DNA from: Phoronis australis
Taxonomy: Eukaryota; Animalia; Phoronida
Assembly (NCBI GenBank): GCA_002633005.1
Contig: NMRA01000255.1
Span: 511,689 to 575,688 of the forward strand
Reading direction: 5' to 3'
Length of the DNA stretch: 64,000 nt
The notes beneath the pieces are model-generated. The model was not told the DNA's origin. It did no database searches and saw nothing but the letters and a program-made list of their open reading frames with translations. A program made the position numbers and the translations under genes. Numbering within the stretch: position 1 is the stretch's first letter; every line of letters starts with the position of its first letter. Positions 25,201-40,200 of the stretch are shown piece by piece.

Positions 25201-26483
25201 GTGCCGCTAGGTAGTCAGTAGCCAGCACGCAGGTATCACTTAATTTTCCTCGGGAAATTTTTTTACACCGGTTTCTGGCTACTAGTCAAATTCTCAACAG
25301 GCAGCGCTTTACGCAAACAAACTGGCATGAGTGATGGACTGAAATGTAAATGTGGTATTTTGTACAGACAAATTGGTGCTTAAAATATATGTTCAAGAAA
25401 TGTGAATCCTAGAAATTGTTGCGCCTTTTCGGAGTGCATCAGTCGTTGTTTGCGTAAAGCGCTGCCTGGCTGCCTGTCACGCTAGTGGCTGTTCTTGCTG
25501 CGACAGTTATGGTGTCATTCAGTGCCTTAGCCAGAACAAAATCGATCCGTTTCAAGCCACCAGATGAGGTTGCATTATGATGCCTTGTGGTTGAGTTAAT
25601 ATTAGAAACTGCTCAGCACTCGTGGACATGATNNNNNNNNNNNNNNNNNNNNNNNNNNNNNNNNNNNNNNNNNNNNNNNNNNNNNNNNNNNNNNNNNNNN
25701 NNNNNNNNNNNNNNNNNNNNNNNNNNNNNNNNNNNNNNNNNNNNNNNNNNNNNNNNNNNNNNNNNNNNNNNNNNNNNNNNNNNNNNNNNNNNNNNNNNNN
25801 NNNNNNNNNNNNNNNNNNNNNNNNNNNNNNNNNNNNNNNNNNNNNNNNNNNNNNNNNNNNNNNNNNNNNNNNNNNNNNNNNNNNNNNNNNNNNNNNNNNN
25901 NNNNNNNNNNNNNNNNNNNNNNNNNNNNNNNNNNNNNNNNNNNNNNNNNNNNNNNNNNNNNNNNNNNNNNNNNNNNNNNNNNNNNNNNNNNNNNNNNNNN
26001 NNNNNNNNNNNNNNNNNNNNNNNNNNNNNNNNNNNNNNNNNNNNNNNNNNNNNNNNNNNNNNNNNNNNNNNNNNNNNNNNNNNNNNNNNNNNNNNNNNNN
26101 NNNNNNNNNNNNNNNNNNNNNNNNNNNNNNNNNNNNNNNNNNNNNNNNNNNNNNNNNNNNNNNNNNNNNNNNNNNNNNNNNNNNNNNNNNNNNNNNNNNN
26201 NNNNNNNNNNNNNNNNNNNNNNNNNNNNNNNNNNNNNNNNNNNNNNNNNNNNNNNNNNNNNNNNNNNNNNNNNNNNNNNNNNNNNNNNNNNNNNNNNNNN
26301 NNNNNNNNNNNNNNNNNNNNNNNNNNNNNNNNNNNNNNNNNNNNNNNNNNNNNNNNNNNNNNNNNNNNNNNNNNNNNNNNNNNNNNNNNNNNNNNNNNNN
26401 NNNNNNNNNNNNNNNNNNNNNNNNNNNNNNNNNNNNNNNNNGTTATGAAGTTGGTTTTAATTATGTTCAGTCAAAATACATGA

Positions 26484-26895
26484 CTCGCTGGTTCCTGCGT
26501 GCCGCTAGGTAGTCAGTAGTCAGCACGCAGGTATCACTTAATTTTCCTCGGGAAATTTTTTACACCGGTTTCTGGCTACTAGTCGAATTCTCAACAGGCA
26601 GCGCTTTACGCAAACAAAGTGGCATGAGTGATGGACTGAAATGTAAATGTGGTATGTTGTACAGACAAATTGGTGCTTAAAATTTATGTTCAAAAAATGT
26701 GAATCCTAGAAATTGTTGCGCCTTTTCGGAGTGCATCAGTCATTGTTTGCGTAAAGCGCTGCCTGGCTGCCTGTTGAGAATTCTACTTGCCAATCAGAAA
26801 CGCCGGTGTAAAAAAATTTCCCGCGGAAAATTTAGTGATACCTGCGTGCTGGCGCGGCTACCGCCCCACCTAGCGGCACGCAGGGAACCAGCGAG
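26484..26895. mobile_element. Foldback MITE (~410 bp; partial duplicate at 25186-25477)
   Basis: CTCGCTGGTTCCTGCGTGCCGCTAGG ... CCTAGCGGCACGCAGGGAACCAGCGAG, with long imperfect inverted arms of ~130 bp. Confidence 0.7.
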
Positions 26896-27826
26896 AAGCG
26901 CGTGCCACTGCGTGACACCTGCGTGCTGGCTAGGGGACCATCGAGAATACATGATGGCGTGATTTCGGTGCTCGGGAAAACACTGTTGGTTCGTTATTAT
27001 CCACGCCTGGATAGAGTTCAGTAAAGGTAGGACCTACACTAGGGTCTCGATAAAATCTAGCCAAGATCACGGGTTCTTATTTAAAATACACGGCAATATC
27101 TGACGTAATCTTTCGAAGTCTTGCTTTTAAGCGTGATCCTATAGCGTTTCGGGAAGTCAGGAACTTTGCTCAGAGTTTACATGTTGACTTGTCACTGCGT
27201 GTAATTTTATTCTCCAAGCATGGTCTCAAGGAATATAACGAACTGTCAGTTCTTTGCAAGATCAAAAAACACTTCTGAGTAAGGAATCATTTGAGACCAG
27301 TTTTACAAAGGTTAGCTGTCTAAATCAAAACTTAATTTATTCCTCCGGAATGCGGGTTTGATTGATGTCACGCTAGTGGCTGTTCTTGCTGCGACAGTTA
27401 TGGTGTCATTCAGTGCCTTAGCCAGAACAAAATCGATCCGTTTCAAGCCACCAGATGAGGTTGCATTATGACGCCTTGTGGTTGAGTTAATATTAGAAAC
27501 TGCTCAGCACTCGTGGACATGATATTTTGCGCAGTCGTGTTGGAAAAACTAACGTCCGTATGCTATTGGTGCGCGCTAAATTTACGATATTTTGAGTTAA
27601 AATTGTGGAAGTGTTACTCCGCATTCAGTTAAAAAAATAATTTGCGATTAAAACCAACATTTTATTTTTCACTTCTTTTGTCTACGACGCACGTGCATAT
27701 TTGCGTATATGCAAGCTATGCCCTTGAAGAAACAAAAAGAATGGGTCACACTCACATACCACAACTTGCCGCAGATAGGGATGTCAAAATGACATAGTGC
27801 TGGGGTAAATCGTTGTTAAAATATGT

Positions 27827-27830
<4 letters not shown>

Positions 27831-27864
<34 letters not shown>

Positions 27865-27933
27865 NNNNNNNNNNNNNNNNNNNNNNNNNNNNNNNNNNNN
27901 NNNNNNNNNNNNNNNNNNNNNNNNNNNNNNNNN

Positions 27934-28003
<70 letters not shown>
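27831..28003. repeat. (TA)n microsatellite spanning an assembly gap
   Basis: Pure TA runs flank an N run, ~200 bp upstream of the first coding exon of SLC22. Confidence 0.95.
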
Positions 28004-28005
<2 letters not shown>

Positions 28006-28272
28006 ATCCCTTTTCTTTTATAATTGTGTAGTCGGACTAATCTTATTAGTATAATTGGCGTTTTTATTATTATTGTTGTTAGTGTTATTATTATTACTGT
28101 TTTTGTTATTATTTTTCATTGCTACTGTAGGCTATGGAAAGACTGCATTTACATTGAGATGTACGTGTTTATATGTGTCATATTAAATGTCTAATCTCCT
28201 TCTATCATAGGCATAAGTAAACGTAAGAGATACCAGTGTTGATTCGAGGCGGATAACATAAGTCACGTGATC

Positions 28273-31200
28273 ATGAGTGACCGCGAATACGACAAAGTGT
28301 GTACTGACGAGCGAGAGTCGAAAAGGAGAATGGACGACTTAGAGTCAGTTCTGGATGGAATCGGAAGTTTCGGCTTATTTCAAATTTTGCTGATCATCAT
28401 AGCAAATATATCAGATGCTCCTGCCTCGTGGGGCATGTTGTTTATGACTCTAGGTGGCGCTACTCCAGATTGGTGGTGTTTTGAAGACTCGTCAATCCAA
28501 GGTAACAAAAATCTTTGGAGTGGTGGGAACGACACCAGGAATGGAATCAATGCAAGTGAACGGTTGTTTTATTGCCCTGCCAACGGCACGATGTGTCCAA
28601 ATCTAACCTTCTCCAATGAATTCAATTCTCTTATTTCTGAGGTAAGTCTAAAGTATGTCGATGTTCGAGGTTTAATTAATTAAGCTGAATTCAGAGGTGA
28701 GATTGGCATTTTCGATACTGTGACTCTCTTTGTCGGTTTTCTCACAGAGGCCGGTCGCTGTTAAAGCTAGAGGATGAGATATGATGAAATTAGAAAATGT
28801 CTGTTTTTTAGTACAGGCCTGGTCTGTGATGAATTTGTGACCTCAGTGAAGACATTATGACGCTTGTGCTATATTGAACTCCCCTTTTTCGCAGAGGTAA
28901 AAACATTGCATGACTCAACTACTTTGCTAAATGTTAGGCATTCCTGAGCTGTCAACAATAGAAGAACAATATAATGCGCATCCTGTACTGATATTTGCCC
29001 GTTTTGCCAATTTCTCGATGCCGGCATTGCAATCCAATATGTATAATCGCTCAAGTTTGCCTGCATGCAATCGTTAATGACATATTAATTAGGATCTGAC
29101 TGAGATAGTGACGCGTACACTTCCAGGCTTAGCACTATAATGGTCTCGGATTTTGAGAACCAGTTTTGATGCCCGTTATTCAGTTGGTCAAACTGGTTAT
29201 CAAAATGCGGGATCCTGTTGGGGATTATCACCCACTTCCAAGTGGAGAAGCAGGACAAGTGGCTGGCACACGTGTTGTTCTGTGGATGCCTTAGAAAGAG
29301 TGATGCTGTACTGTTTTAGGAGGGACGGTATTGACAAGAGTATCTAAGTCTTGAGATTATCACTTACGGCGAGTTTCTGATAAGCGTTGGTCAGAGGCCG
29401 AATATGCAAAACGTCTGAAACAAATAAACGCTTGGCATTTGATTAGAAACTACAAGATGCGAAATAATATAAAGATCTCTCAATAACTTCAGGCCGAATC
29501 TCTTGTAAACACGCAGGCGGACAGCTTCAATTGACTGCATCAGTTTGGGTGTGCGATGTTGCTGTTCATTCTAAGGTCAAATATGTGCTTATAGGTTAAG
29601 TTAGTATTTAGAATGACACAAGAGAGCTTGCTAAATTTTCATTAACTTCGACATAAAGTTACAACTTTTATGTGAAGCCCTCGGGTTATCTTATGAAAAC
29701 ATGCCCTTCTCCGGCTAATTGGAATTCGCTGTAATTTTGTAATGATGATGAATTTGTCGTCTTTTCTTAACCACTACTGATTTTTTGAGTCTGCAAGTAG
29801 GATGGATGTAAACACCGAGGCCAGGTAATATGCAACCACGATCAAACAAATTTGAGATTGCCTCAGTATCCAGCTTTCGGTCAGGGTTATGTGTTTGGAA
29901 TATGACTCGAATAATTGCTGCACAGAGTTCTTTCTCTTTCTTACAGTGGAACCTCGTCTGCAGTCAGAAATGGGCGGCAGGGATCATTACCACAATCCAG
30001 ATGGTTGGCGTGATGCTTGGAGCTATGGTGGCTGGGCAGTTGGGAGATCTGATTGGCCGCAAGAAGTCCTTCTTCCTTATCTACTTCTGTCTTCTTCTCA
30101 CGACTCTCGCGCAGGCATTCGCCAACTCCATTGAACTCTACACCGCAATTCGGTTCTTCGTTGGGATATGCACAGGGGGAGTACTACTCATCAGTTTTGT
30201 CATTCCCGTAGAGTACATCGGCTCTCACCACAGGGTGTTCAGCAATGTGGCACCATTTTGGGCCTTCGGCATGATGATTCACGCTCTCGTAGGCTACTTG
30301 GTGCGAGACTGGAGGATGCAAGCTATAACGTTGGCAGCGCTTGGTGTCCCGTATCTCTTCTTCTGGTGGTGAGAGTTTAAACAAATTGAATATCTATCCT
30401 GTATGGAAAGCCAAAGCGGAAGAAATTCTAGGACGCAAATTTTCTATTTCACGAATTAAATTCTCTACAGGACAAAAAATGTACTCAAAACCAAAATTCA
30501 TCGCGCCAGAACCTATAATTTATCACGTCAGGACCGAAAATTTATCACGCCAGGACACAAAATTTATCACGCCAGGATATAGAATTTCCTGCCAGGAGAA
30601 ATTTTCTTGCCAGGAGAAAATTTCATGTCAAGAGACCACGTGACAATGACGATCAGCTGTGTCTCTGTAATACTCGGACGTATTCAAGTCCAGTGTGTCC
30701 ATGTGTATATTGGCTTCTGCTGTGGAAGAGACGACAGAAATATTCAACCTCGATAATGCGCCAGTCGTCGGCGAGACATTGCGTACCTATTACGTCATCT
30801 CTTTGAGGGGTCACGTGTACGTGGTCTCTTGGCATAAAATTTTTCTGACCTGTGAAACTTTCCGGACGTAATAAATTTTGTGTCTTGGCGTGATAAAGTT
30901 TCGGTCTTCACGTGTTAAATTTTGATCCTGGCGTGATAAATTTTGGTTTTGAGTACATCTTTTGGTCCTGCAGAAAATTAAAATTCTTTAATAGAAAATT
31001 TGTGTCCTGGATTTTTTTCTGCTTGGGCTTTCCATCTTCGTGCAATTTTTATTAGCTCACACGTGCAGTAGGTACATAAATATAGCCTTAATGTGACGAC
31101 ACCACTCCACGTATGCTTTAGTTTTTGACCCAATCGTCTCGTCGTATCCGTTGTACATGGTTGTCAAAGCTCCACAATTGACAAAGTCGTTTAGACCCTT

Positions 31201-34200
31201 CACGCCAGAGATTTATTGCAGGATGCACTGGTGTAACTAAATTTTCAAATGGCTTCAGTTCATTTATAGCACCCCCTGCTTTCAACTCGGTATTCTTAAT
31301 CCACTGATTATTTTTCAAATGGTTTGACTGATTTTGATGCCGAAAGTTTTGTCACTTTGGAAGTGGGAATGTATGTTGTGATGATGGACCAACACCTCAT
31401 TGGAGATATTTGGATGACTTTAACTGTCTCACCACACATCAATGTATATATTTGTTTTCGACTAGAATTTTTTACCTTCGTCTGCTTCCAGGTATTGTTC
31501 AAGTACGATTTGCACAAAAATAATTTTGGCCATTTGCGAGTCACTATGGTGGGCGCATGTCAACTCACGGTTGTTCATGTTTCAAATATCACCTTAAGTG
31601 GGACGTGATTTCACATTAACAGAATACAAAATACTTATTTTATTATTCGATAGGCCTGCGTGCAGCTGCATTCTTATTATACGGCTAGATGTGCTTACGC
31701 AAAGGAAAGCGTAATATCACGCCTGTTTAGAACTTTTGACACGCGGTACTTGAGAACAATGCTGTAATGCCAATGTCGTATCTATACCCTGACTGCTTGG
31801 GTAAAGAGAGACAAATCCTGAATATTTTGCAAACGGTTTTAAAATGCCTGTGCCTCACTTTATGGAAGACATTTTTTAATTTTCACAGAGAAGATTAAGT
31901 CTAAGGACGAAGATCCGGGCTAACTGCTATAAATCCCGCCCTCCGTCATTTTTTAAACATTTCTCTTTAGCTACACTTAAAATGGTTTATTGCTCAGGTT
32001 CGTACCCGAGAGTGCGCGCTGGCTCATTGTTCATGGAAAGTTTGACGAGGCAGAGACGATTCTCCAACGCATCGCAAAAATCAACAGAAAGCCACCGCTT
32101 GACATTGCAAAGTTCAAAGCATTCACCACTTTCATCGAGGATGACTTAAAGGAGCGGAACAACAAACAGAAGTACACTCTCATAGACTTGTTTCGTAGTT
32201 GGAAGTACTTAAAGAAAACCATAATCCTCGTAGTGATGTGGTAAGTTTGGTTCTCTCATCATCCACCTATCAAAATAACAACATTGTAAAACATAGATCA
32301 AATTGAATCCCCTATATTTTTTATTTTCACTTTACTTAGAACATAAGTTTCAAAGCTTAAGACTATGTAGGACCCTAGCAAAATGTCCAAATTTGGCAAA
32401 CTTCGGAGTTCTGAACTTTACTTAGAAACGCCTGATTGAATTTATGTAAAACCTTCAGGTACTATACTTCATGCACTGGTCTCCAAAAAGCTGTGGAAAC
32501 AAAAGCGAAAAGATATCTTAGAGAGCTGTAACAACGTTTTTGATATCTCGCCTTGTCAAAAATCTAATTCTACAGGCTTTCTGCTTAAGGAAAATATACA
32601 CTTTTACTGACTCAGAGTTATAATCTATAACTTTGGAGATGTTTGGCTTAACACGTAGACTTATCAGTAAGGCGCAACATAACCTTAAGTTAACCTGTTG
32701 CCTTCAGGTTAGAGGCGTAAGTGATAGCAACTGACATGAGACCCTTTCGTGCCAACGTCGGCGTGACGATAATCTGTGGAGTTGCGATGGGTATAAACGA
32801 TTTACTTCGGTCCTTGTTGAAAGTTACCTACGTAGTTAAATTAAATTCGTAGTAAACAGTGAATTTAACAGCATTGCCGAAGCTTAGATTTGATGTCTCG
32901 TCGAACTTATCGCCAAGGGCCACTGAAGTTGTCATCAACAGACAATCCCGTCGGTGATTACAGTATACGAGTTGCTTAGAAGAGTGGGATTTGTAGCAAC
33001 TCAAGGCTATTTTTATATCGATTCGTATTGTTCTCGTTTTGTCGTCACTCTTAAAGGAAAAATTCAGCACTTTTGTGTTCTTACTAATTTCTAGAGTTAA
33101 TTGTTAATTCCCTGATCCTCACAAACAACTCCGCGGCAACCGTGTTTCAGTAGCCAATTAGTTACCGTGTCAATACTTTATGAATGTGAATAAAGAAAGA
33201 AAAGGCGTGAAATCCAGTGAACGACACCGTCACTTCAGTTTTGCATGGGCGATTACTAAGGCTCAGGGCAACAGCAATTAATGCTAAGCAATGGGTTGAA
33301 TAACTGGGGATTTGCGTTTTCAGCTAACATCTAACCGAAAAAGTTAACTTTCTGGTAAAGCGCTCGCGATTTTTCCCATCTCCTGCTTACAGTTTAGTCA
33401 TCTGAACATCGTAAACAATCAATAGGACAGCGTCTGCCGTGATATCTCATCAGCTGACGAGGTGCACGAATCAAGATAACCTCGTTTAAACTATCTTGCA
33501 TACCCTGGCTGCAATGCCTGCTTTAGAAAAATTTCTTTGAATGGCGTTGCTTTTGTCTGCTTTAAAAGTGTGTCGCCCTCAATGTTAACTAGCTCAAGGT
33601 CGGACATTAGTTTACGATAAACTCTTCACAACCAGATCTTGTTAAAGGCGTGATTGAACTATCGTTATTGAATAAGCATTGTCAAATTCGATATTGTCCG
33701 TGGTTGGGAAGTCAAGTGTTCACGGGACATTATCGGCGATAAAAGTATTAGTAATTATCTGACATCAGCTGCAACGCGGATTCGAACCTTGGAGCAATTT
33801 GCGGCAGCGGCTTAACGTTCTGTTTCACAGAGCTGGATCCCACTTCTTGTATTTTCCTGGTAAGGGCAACTGCCTTGATTTCAGCAAATGTCTGGCAGAC
33901 AGCGGCGAGAATATCCGTTTTTTTAATAAAATCACAAAAATACCCCGAATTTTGTTGTTTCTGAAATAGTTCTGGTCCACTGGTAATTACACCCAAAAGC
34001 CTATGATCACAGCCAACAATATCTGCGTTTTCCGGCTGTAAACCCGGTAATTTCCCTTTAAATTAGAATCGTATTCACTGTTGCGACAAAAGCTTGTGGA
34101 ATACCTGGCAACAAGCCATTGTAAATTAAAAAATTGACACTCTTGGAAGGTTGCTTGCTTGACCTTTTCAATCACTGGACAAAACATGGAGTTATTGTCA

Positions 34201-37200
34201 TGATGTTCAGGTTGTTACGCTTGTGAAAGAAATTCACATGCTTTCGTTGACCCTTCAGTCAAGATGGCAAGAGATATTGGATGTAAACTAGACGGGCGTA
34301 AATATCATTAGCAATGCGATTTACGAGCTAAACACTGCAATGCGTTTTAAACGATTATGGGCCTAATCATGGTCTCATTCTAGTCATCAAATTGACTTCG
34401 TTTCTCTTATGAATTAGTTTGGGTCAAAAGCTTTTGTGGACGAGTTTATTTGGTGTGAGATCTGCTCTTTTTTATGCTTACTAGTCCCTTGTAAAACGCA
34501 AGTTGCGAGGTATGCTTGATTAGGCTGTATACAAAACGAAATTTTCTTGTCAAAACTTCCAATTTCAACATTGAGATGAACTTGAAAGATTGAAGTTGCG
34601 GTTTGGAACGACTGCTACTCTATTTTTTGAACGTTCATGTCACGTTATTGCTCCGGAAATGACGTCCTATTGTGGAACGGATAACTTCGAGACCGACTGA
34701 TTTCGCAGGTGTAAGTGAGCTCTAGTTTTGGTTCTCACTTTTCGGGCGGCTAAACAGAAGGAAATGTGTCTCTATTGCTACATTATTTAATCCTGTTAAC
34801 AGGCCTTCTTTCTAGCAAGTCTCATTAAACGCCAAACTCTTAAGTTTCAGGATTAACTTTCCGTACTGCCGCTGTCTTAATTGAAACAGGAGACGTCCAA
34901 CACGCATGGATCGCACGAAAATGAGACAACTTATTAAAACGATCACAGCATTTTAGTCATTCCTTAGATGACCAAGGAAGGTTGAAGTACACGGGGCTAG
35001 ACGTGTTGCGCAGCAATACGAGAAGTTATTGCTGAAGCACAAGAGGGCTGAAAATAGTTTGACGTTCAATGAGACTTATTTATGCTGTGTCTACTCTTTT
35101 GCTAAATGCCATTCTGTAAGAATCTTGTCTTTTTAACCCAAAACATTGGAGCACGATATGATTTCCCCAACAGGTTCAGCTGTGGGCTTGTGTATTACGG
35201 CCTGTCGTTCGGTGTCAAAAATTTACCAGGAGACAGATATGTAAACATGGCCATCAGCGGCGCTATTGACATACCGTCATACGTGGCGCCGTTTGTGAAC
35301 TTTAAGTAAGTAAGAGTGAACACTCTCAAATTGTCAACAAACTTACTATAGTGATCACGCATTACCATTATTCAAGCAAATATTGTCTATGTAGCAGAAG
35401 TCAGCGTAAGATTACTTTTAACTTGATACTTAAATCGTATATCTGGTGCTAATATTCAACCTCATCCGGAACTCCTCGGTTATTCGTAGCCTAAAATTGT
35501 CCCTTGGAGGTGTTTCAGGTCTACGCATGTGCGAACTTCAATCAGAACTGGAAGAGATTTGGTCAACAGATGGCTAAATCATGGCTATCTGATTCCCTCT
35601 CGGAACTGAATGCTGTGCATGTAGGAACTTCAGTCTTACGACCAGTTCGAAAGAAATGACTTGTTAAATTCGAGGCTACTGAGATAGATACCTGAGGTGT
35701 TCCGAGGGGTTACTTCAAAGTGCCTTGAAGCACCGGTTACCTTGCTTCGATAAAAACAAAGTCAGACATTCGGTCTCATCAGTTCTGAAATGGCAAGTAA
35801 GCCCCGTTCGGGCTGGGTACCGTGATATTGCTGTGACAATTAACATGTTGCTGGAATCAATGAGCAATGTACTTGTCACTTTAATGAATAAAACCTTCAC
35901 AAGAACATGCTTAGAAGCTTTCTGCTTTACGAATAAGCCGGTTATTTTCGAGCTGTCGCCGTGCCATAGAGTTGCGCTTGTCTGACCTCTCGCGGGAAAA
36001 TTAATTAGGCCACAGGGTGCTCATATGCTGTGTTGCTATAGTCACCATTAGTTTCACAATGTTAATAGTTTATTAAGCACTGCTAAAACGAGCGTATTAG
36101 TCTGATAGAAATGTAAAAGCAACCTGTAGTGCTTGACTTTGCCTAGATTGTCAACTCTCCAAAGTGCGCTACAAAAATAGGCAAAATGGAGATGTCTTGA
36201 CAGCGGCTAATTGTCATAGTCTTACGAAGTGCCGTGATTATCCGTAAAGCGAAATAAGCTACAGCTTGAGGCTTTACACAAAGTAGTAACCCTTCTCATC
36301 GCCATTGCATGGATACCCTCAATACATTATGTCGACCATGGCGAGCAGAAATTGTTCTTGCTTCATTTCGACAGTGATCCGTCGAAAGTTGTAGCGATTG
36401 AGATGGGGGGAGGATTGTGACGACTAACTGCTCTTACTTTATACAGCGTTTAGGTGTCTATTTGCTGAGGCTGTTTTTTATGGAAAATGTGTTCACGGGC
36501 ACTTACATGTAAAAGGACCTCGTGAGAAACCATTACGAGATCTGAAGCATCTGATATTCTTTTCTAGGTTTGGAAGAAAACGGACGTCAGTCTTTTTCAT
36601 GGCGCTGAGCACTATTGCTAGCTTCGGAATTCCAATTCTGTGGGCTACAGGTAATAGCGGACTTCTCATATTGGCATTCTCTAGAGAAATGAGACCGAGA
36701 AAGCAACTTCCGCTTTATCCCGACTCACAACTCGGTCGACAGAAATTCAATACTACATAGTGAATAAATTAAATTTAAAAATGGAATAATCAATCCCATA
36801 ATCAACCGTTACCACTGTTTGATTACGTAAAATTTCATGTACTTTTATTAGCTTTTTGACATCGGCTTGGAACGAAATTCTCTCGCTTTCTTAGTCACAG
36901 CCTCTAACTGACTATGCAGCTTCGGGGTCCTCCTTGCAGTTGGAAATCTATGAATGTGAAGTCATTCATCCATGGATATTTCAAGAGGTTCATTATTTTT
37001 CGTATGCCATAAAAAAGCCTACATCCCACCGCATAAACAGTGATATTCATCGGCTTCATGGTAGCAGGCAAGGTGTTAAAACGCTGTTTATACCATTTTA
37101 GGTTGAAACCTCTCGTCCACATTACCTGGGATCTGAAGGTGGCGCTTAATACCTGTCCCCCAAAGACCTGATCGCCGTTTGGCGGGACAATGGTATGGCG

Positions 37201-40200
37201 CGGTTTTGTGACAATGCCACAGGCGTGCGCAAAGTTTTGTTAAAACAATATCTTAGTAACCATTGCGAAGAAACTGTCCGAAATTTAGGCTTCCCTTTTA
37301 ACAATATCCAGCATAGTCTAAAGTACCATCCGGGCCATATGACCTAATTCAATCATTTTGCACGCGCGTCCCTCCCGGGCGCATAATACATTTGAATGTC
37401 TACAATACTCATAACTTTTCTCCCGGCCAGCGCGGTTGTATGCAAAACATATGGTTCAGTTGTTATTTTTGTAAGAATTCATAAAGTCCTATTTGAAAGC
37501 ATGCAATCCTTCGTTTTCTGTTGGTGGTTGTCCCCAAATTTTGATTGAAGGTCGTACCTTTCCAGCGTGACACATTTTGGTTATCGAATTTGAGTAGTGT
37601 CCTCGGGTATGCAAGACATTTGGTTTCAATATCAAACTGAGTACAAAAAGCTCGTTTACCATTGAAGACAGTACAGACCTACCCGGAATGCGTTTCAACA
37701 CAAATTCTCACAAAACGAGGGACCTTGTTTCACTGAAAAGCCAAGTTAATTACTTCACTAAAAATTCATTCATCGTCTCACTGAAAATCTTTTGAGAGGT
37801 TATATTTGAACTGATCGTTTCATGTAATCCTGTTCTAAATGTTGTTAAATGTTGCCGGTGTAAACAAAACGGGTCACCTAAAAAGTGGGAGTTAGTCCTT
37901 CAGTGAAATNNNNNNNCCCCCCCCCCCCCCGGTCGGTGCTTATGCATTTTTTGCAAACATATAAAGGCCTACGGGCTTGTATTCGGAGCTACCATTAAAA
38001 ATTTCTATGGTTTGTGTCACTAAAAGGAACAGTGTAAGCGAGTGTCAAATTAAAACAAAGCTTTCTGAGTAACAGGAGAGAGTTATTCTAGTTTCTTATC
38101 TATCTATCTGCAAAAACAAATTAAACTAACGGTGTCAAGGGTGCATAGTGCTCTTATTCTCAGTATTACTGTTCAGTGATCACTGGAACATGAACAGTTT
38201 TCAAAGGGGTCTCCCACATTTTCCGATTCGATACCGTGTTGGTGACGTATTTTCCGTTTATAGGCATCGTTTGAATGGATATGACAGCAGAACACGACTC
38301 TTCTCTCCATCCAACAGGTAACGACACTGACGTGGTTGTGACAGCGCTGTCTCTGTTAGCCAAGTTTTCCGTAAACGGAGCATGGATGGTCATTATGCTG
38401 TTTACATCGGAACACTACCCGACCGTTGTCAGGTAAGTCGGTCAGTCAACATGCGCGCACTCAGCCGAAAAAATGGGGGGCTCAAATTTTTGAGAATGTG
38501 GATCTTTTGCTAAGATTCACTGGATATGTTCAGAGCTATGAATTGTGCCGAATTTTGGTAGTTCGTGCCTTTTTAGTGGACTTATGTCTCGGTTTCTACT
38601 TTTTTCGGAGTTTTATTTCTCTGAGGCGTACCTTTTTGCCCACTTCGCCAGAAGGTGAGGGAGCTTGTTCGTGCCTCCCGAGTCCCCTGGGTGTGCGCAT
38701 GGTCAAGATCAGTGGCGGATTTAGGGGGGACAAGGGGGCCCATGGCCTCCCCCTAAAATTCTACCAGATACCATTTGGGAGTTCTGGTGCGCGCAAGCAG
38801 GGGCTCGTCGGTGGTGAATAAGCAACGCATAGGCCCTGAACAAACTGAACAAACCCCGTTTACCGTTTTTTTTTAAGTCAACAGGTCCGCAACCCCAAAT
38901 ATTCGAGGCCTCTACGTCCCCACATTTTAGGCTGGGCGCGCGCATCTGCCAAAATTCTGGTAATACCCGTGCCCTGCCCCCCAACTCAAAATCCTGGATC
39001 CGCCCCTGTAGATAGCATACCTGATCAGCAGTGCTGCGTTGTAGGGTGGATATAAGAAGCGTGCGTTTTACTATTGGAAACGGATGATCCCCATGTGAAG
39101 CTAACTTGACGATTTCAAGTCATAATGCCCGATGATCATGCGAGGCAGCGCGATCCTTGTCCACTTTTTCGCGCCAGTTGCCCAAATCTGCCAAATATAT
39201 ACTTATGACAGACTCTGATTAATTTAAAAAATCACTTCTACGCTAGCTGACGTAGACAGTCAATAATTGCATAATGCCGGCATTCTCATTACTTTCAGTG
39301 GAACGTGTGATTGGTTCTTTATTACTGATTGCATTGCTGTAAAGTCAGTGCCGATTCAGAGTAGTGAAGCCGGAACATTTTTTTCTATATGAAATTTTGC
39401 TAAATTACTAGTGGGAAGTGTATTTTCAGTTCCTTACCGATGGTATTTTAGCGTATAGGATAATTTTCTTGAGGAAGGCCATCAATGTGATCTGTCGTAA
39501 CGGATCTAATGAAAAGCGAAACTTGACAAATATTCCCTAAATTAAATGAAATAAATGTGAAACNCTATCCTCTTATGTTTAGTTCTATTGCCAGTCTGTG
39601 ACGGATCAGTAACATGTATTCAGGTCATGGCTGACCTAACAAGCCAATGGGGCGTAAGTTTCAGGCCCCCAGGAGCCTACTTTCCGTGCCAAGTTTCCCA
39701 CTGCGTTCGCCTAGGGTCGCGTCTTCGTGCGTCAAGGCAGGCCAGTAGCCAGCTTTGCGTGGGAGTGATTTGAGTTTATAGAACGGTGGACTTTGCGAAC
39801 GTCGACACTGTAGAGTTTTCGGTAAAGCCCTTGACGCAGCTTAATTAGGTGGAAGGGAAATCTGTATAAACAACGATGACTCTCAGCTCTGTGTTCCTGA
39901 GATGAGACGGAATTCATATTACCATTAACAGGATGCTGTGACGGTTTCTCGCAAAGAACGGGACTCAAATTCGGATGTAATATGGTCCAAAAAGAGAACG
40001 TTCTCGCGTTACCTCCCGTCAAACTTTCAAATCAGGTGTCAATGCTTAAATGAGTGGTTACACCTCACGACATACTCGGATGGAAATATTTAGTCGGAGA
40101 CTGACTTGACGAAATTTTTTATCTGCTTGAATTTTTACGCTTGCATCGCAGGAAATAGGAACAGCCCACTATTCCGAAGGTTCACAAATCCGATAGTTCA

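Noticed and set aside
25622-26512. 296-aa ORF in the track
   Set aside because: It consists almost entirely of N-gap codons.
27813-28031. IYIYIY ORFs
   Set aside because: These are translations of the (TA)n microsatellite and gap.
33880-33980. Similarity to 62306-62397
   Set aside because: A short diverged dispersed repeat with no definable ends or function.
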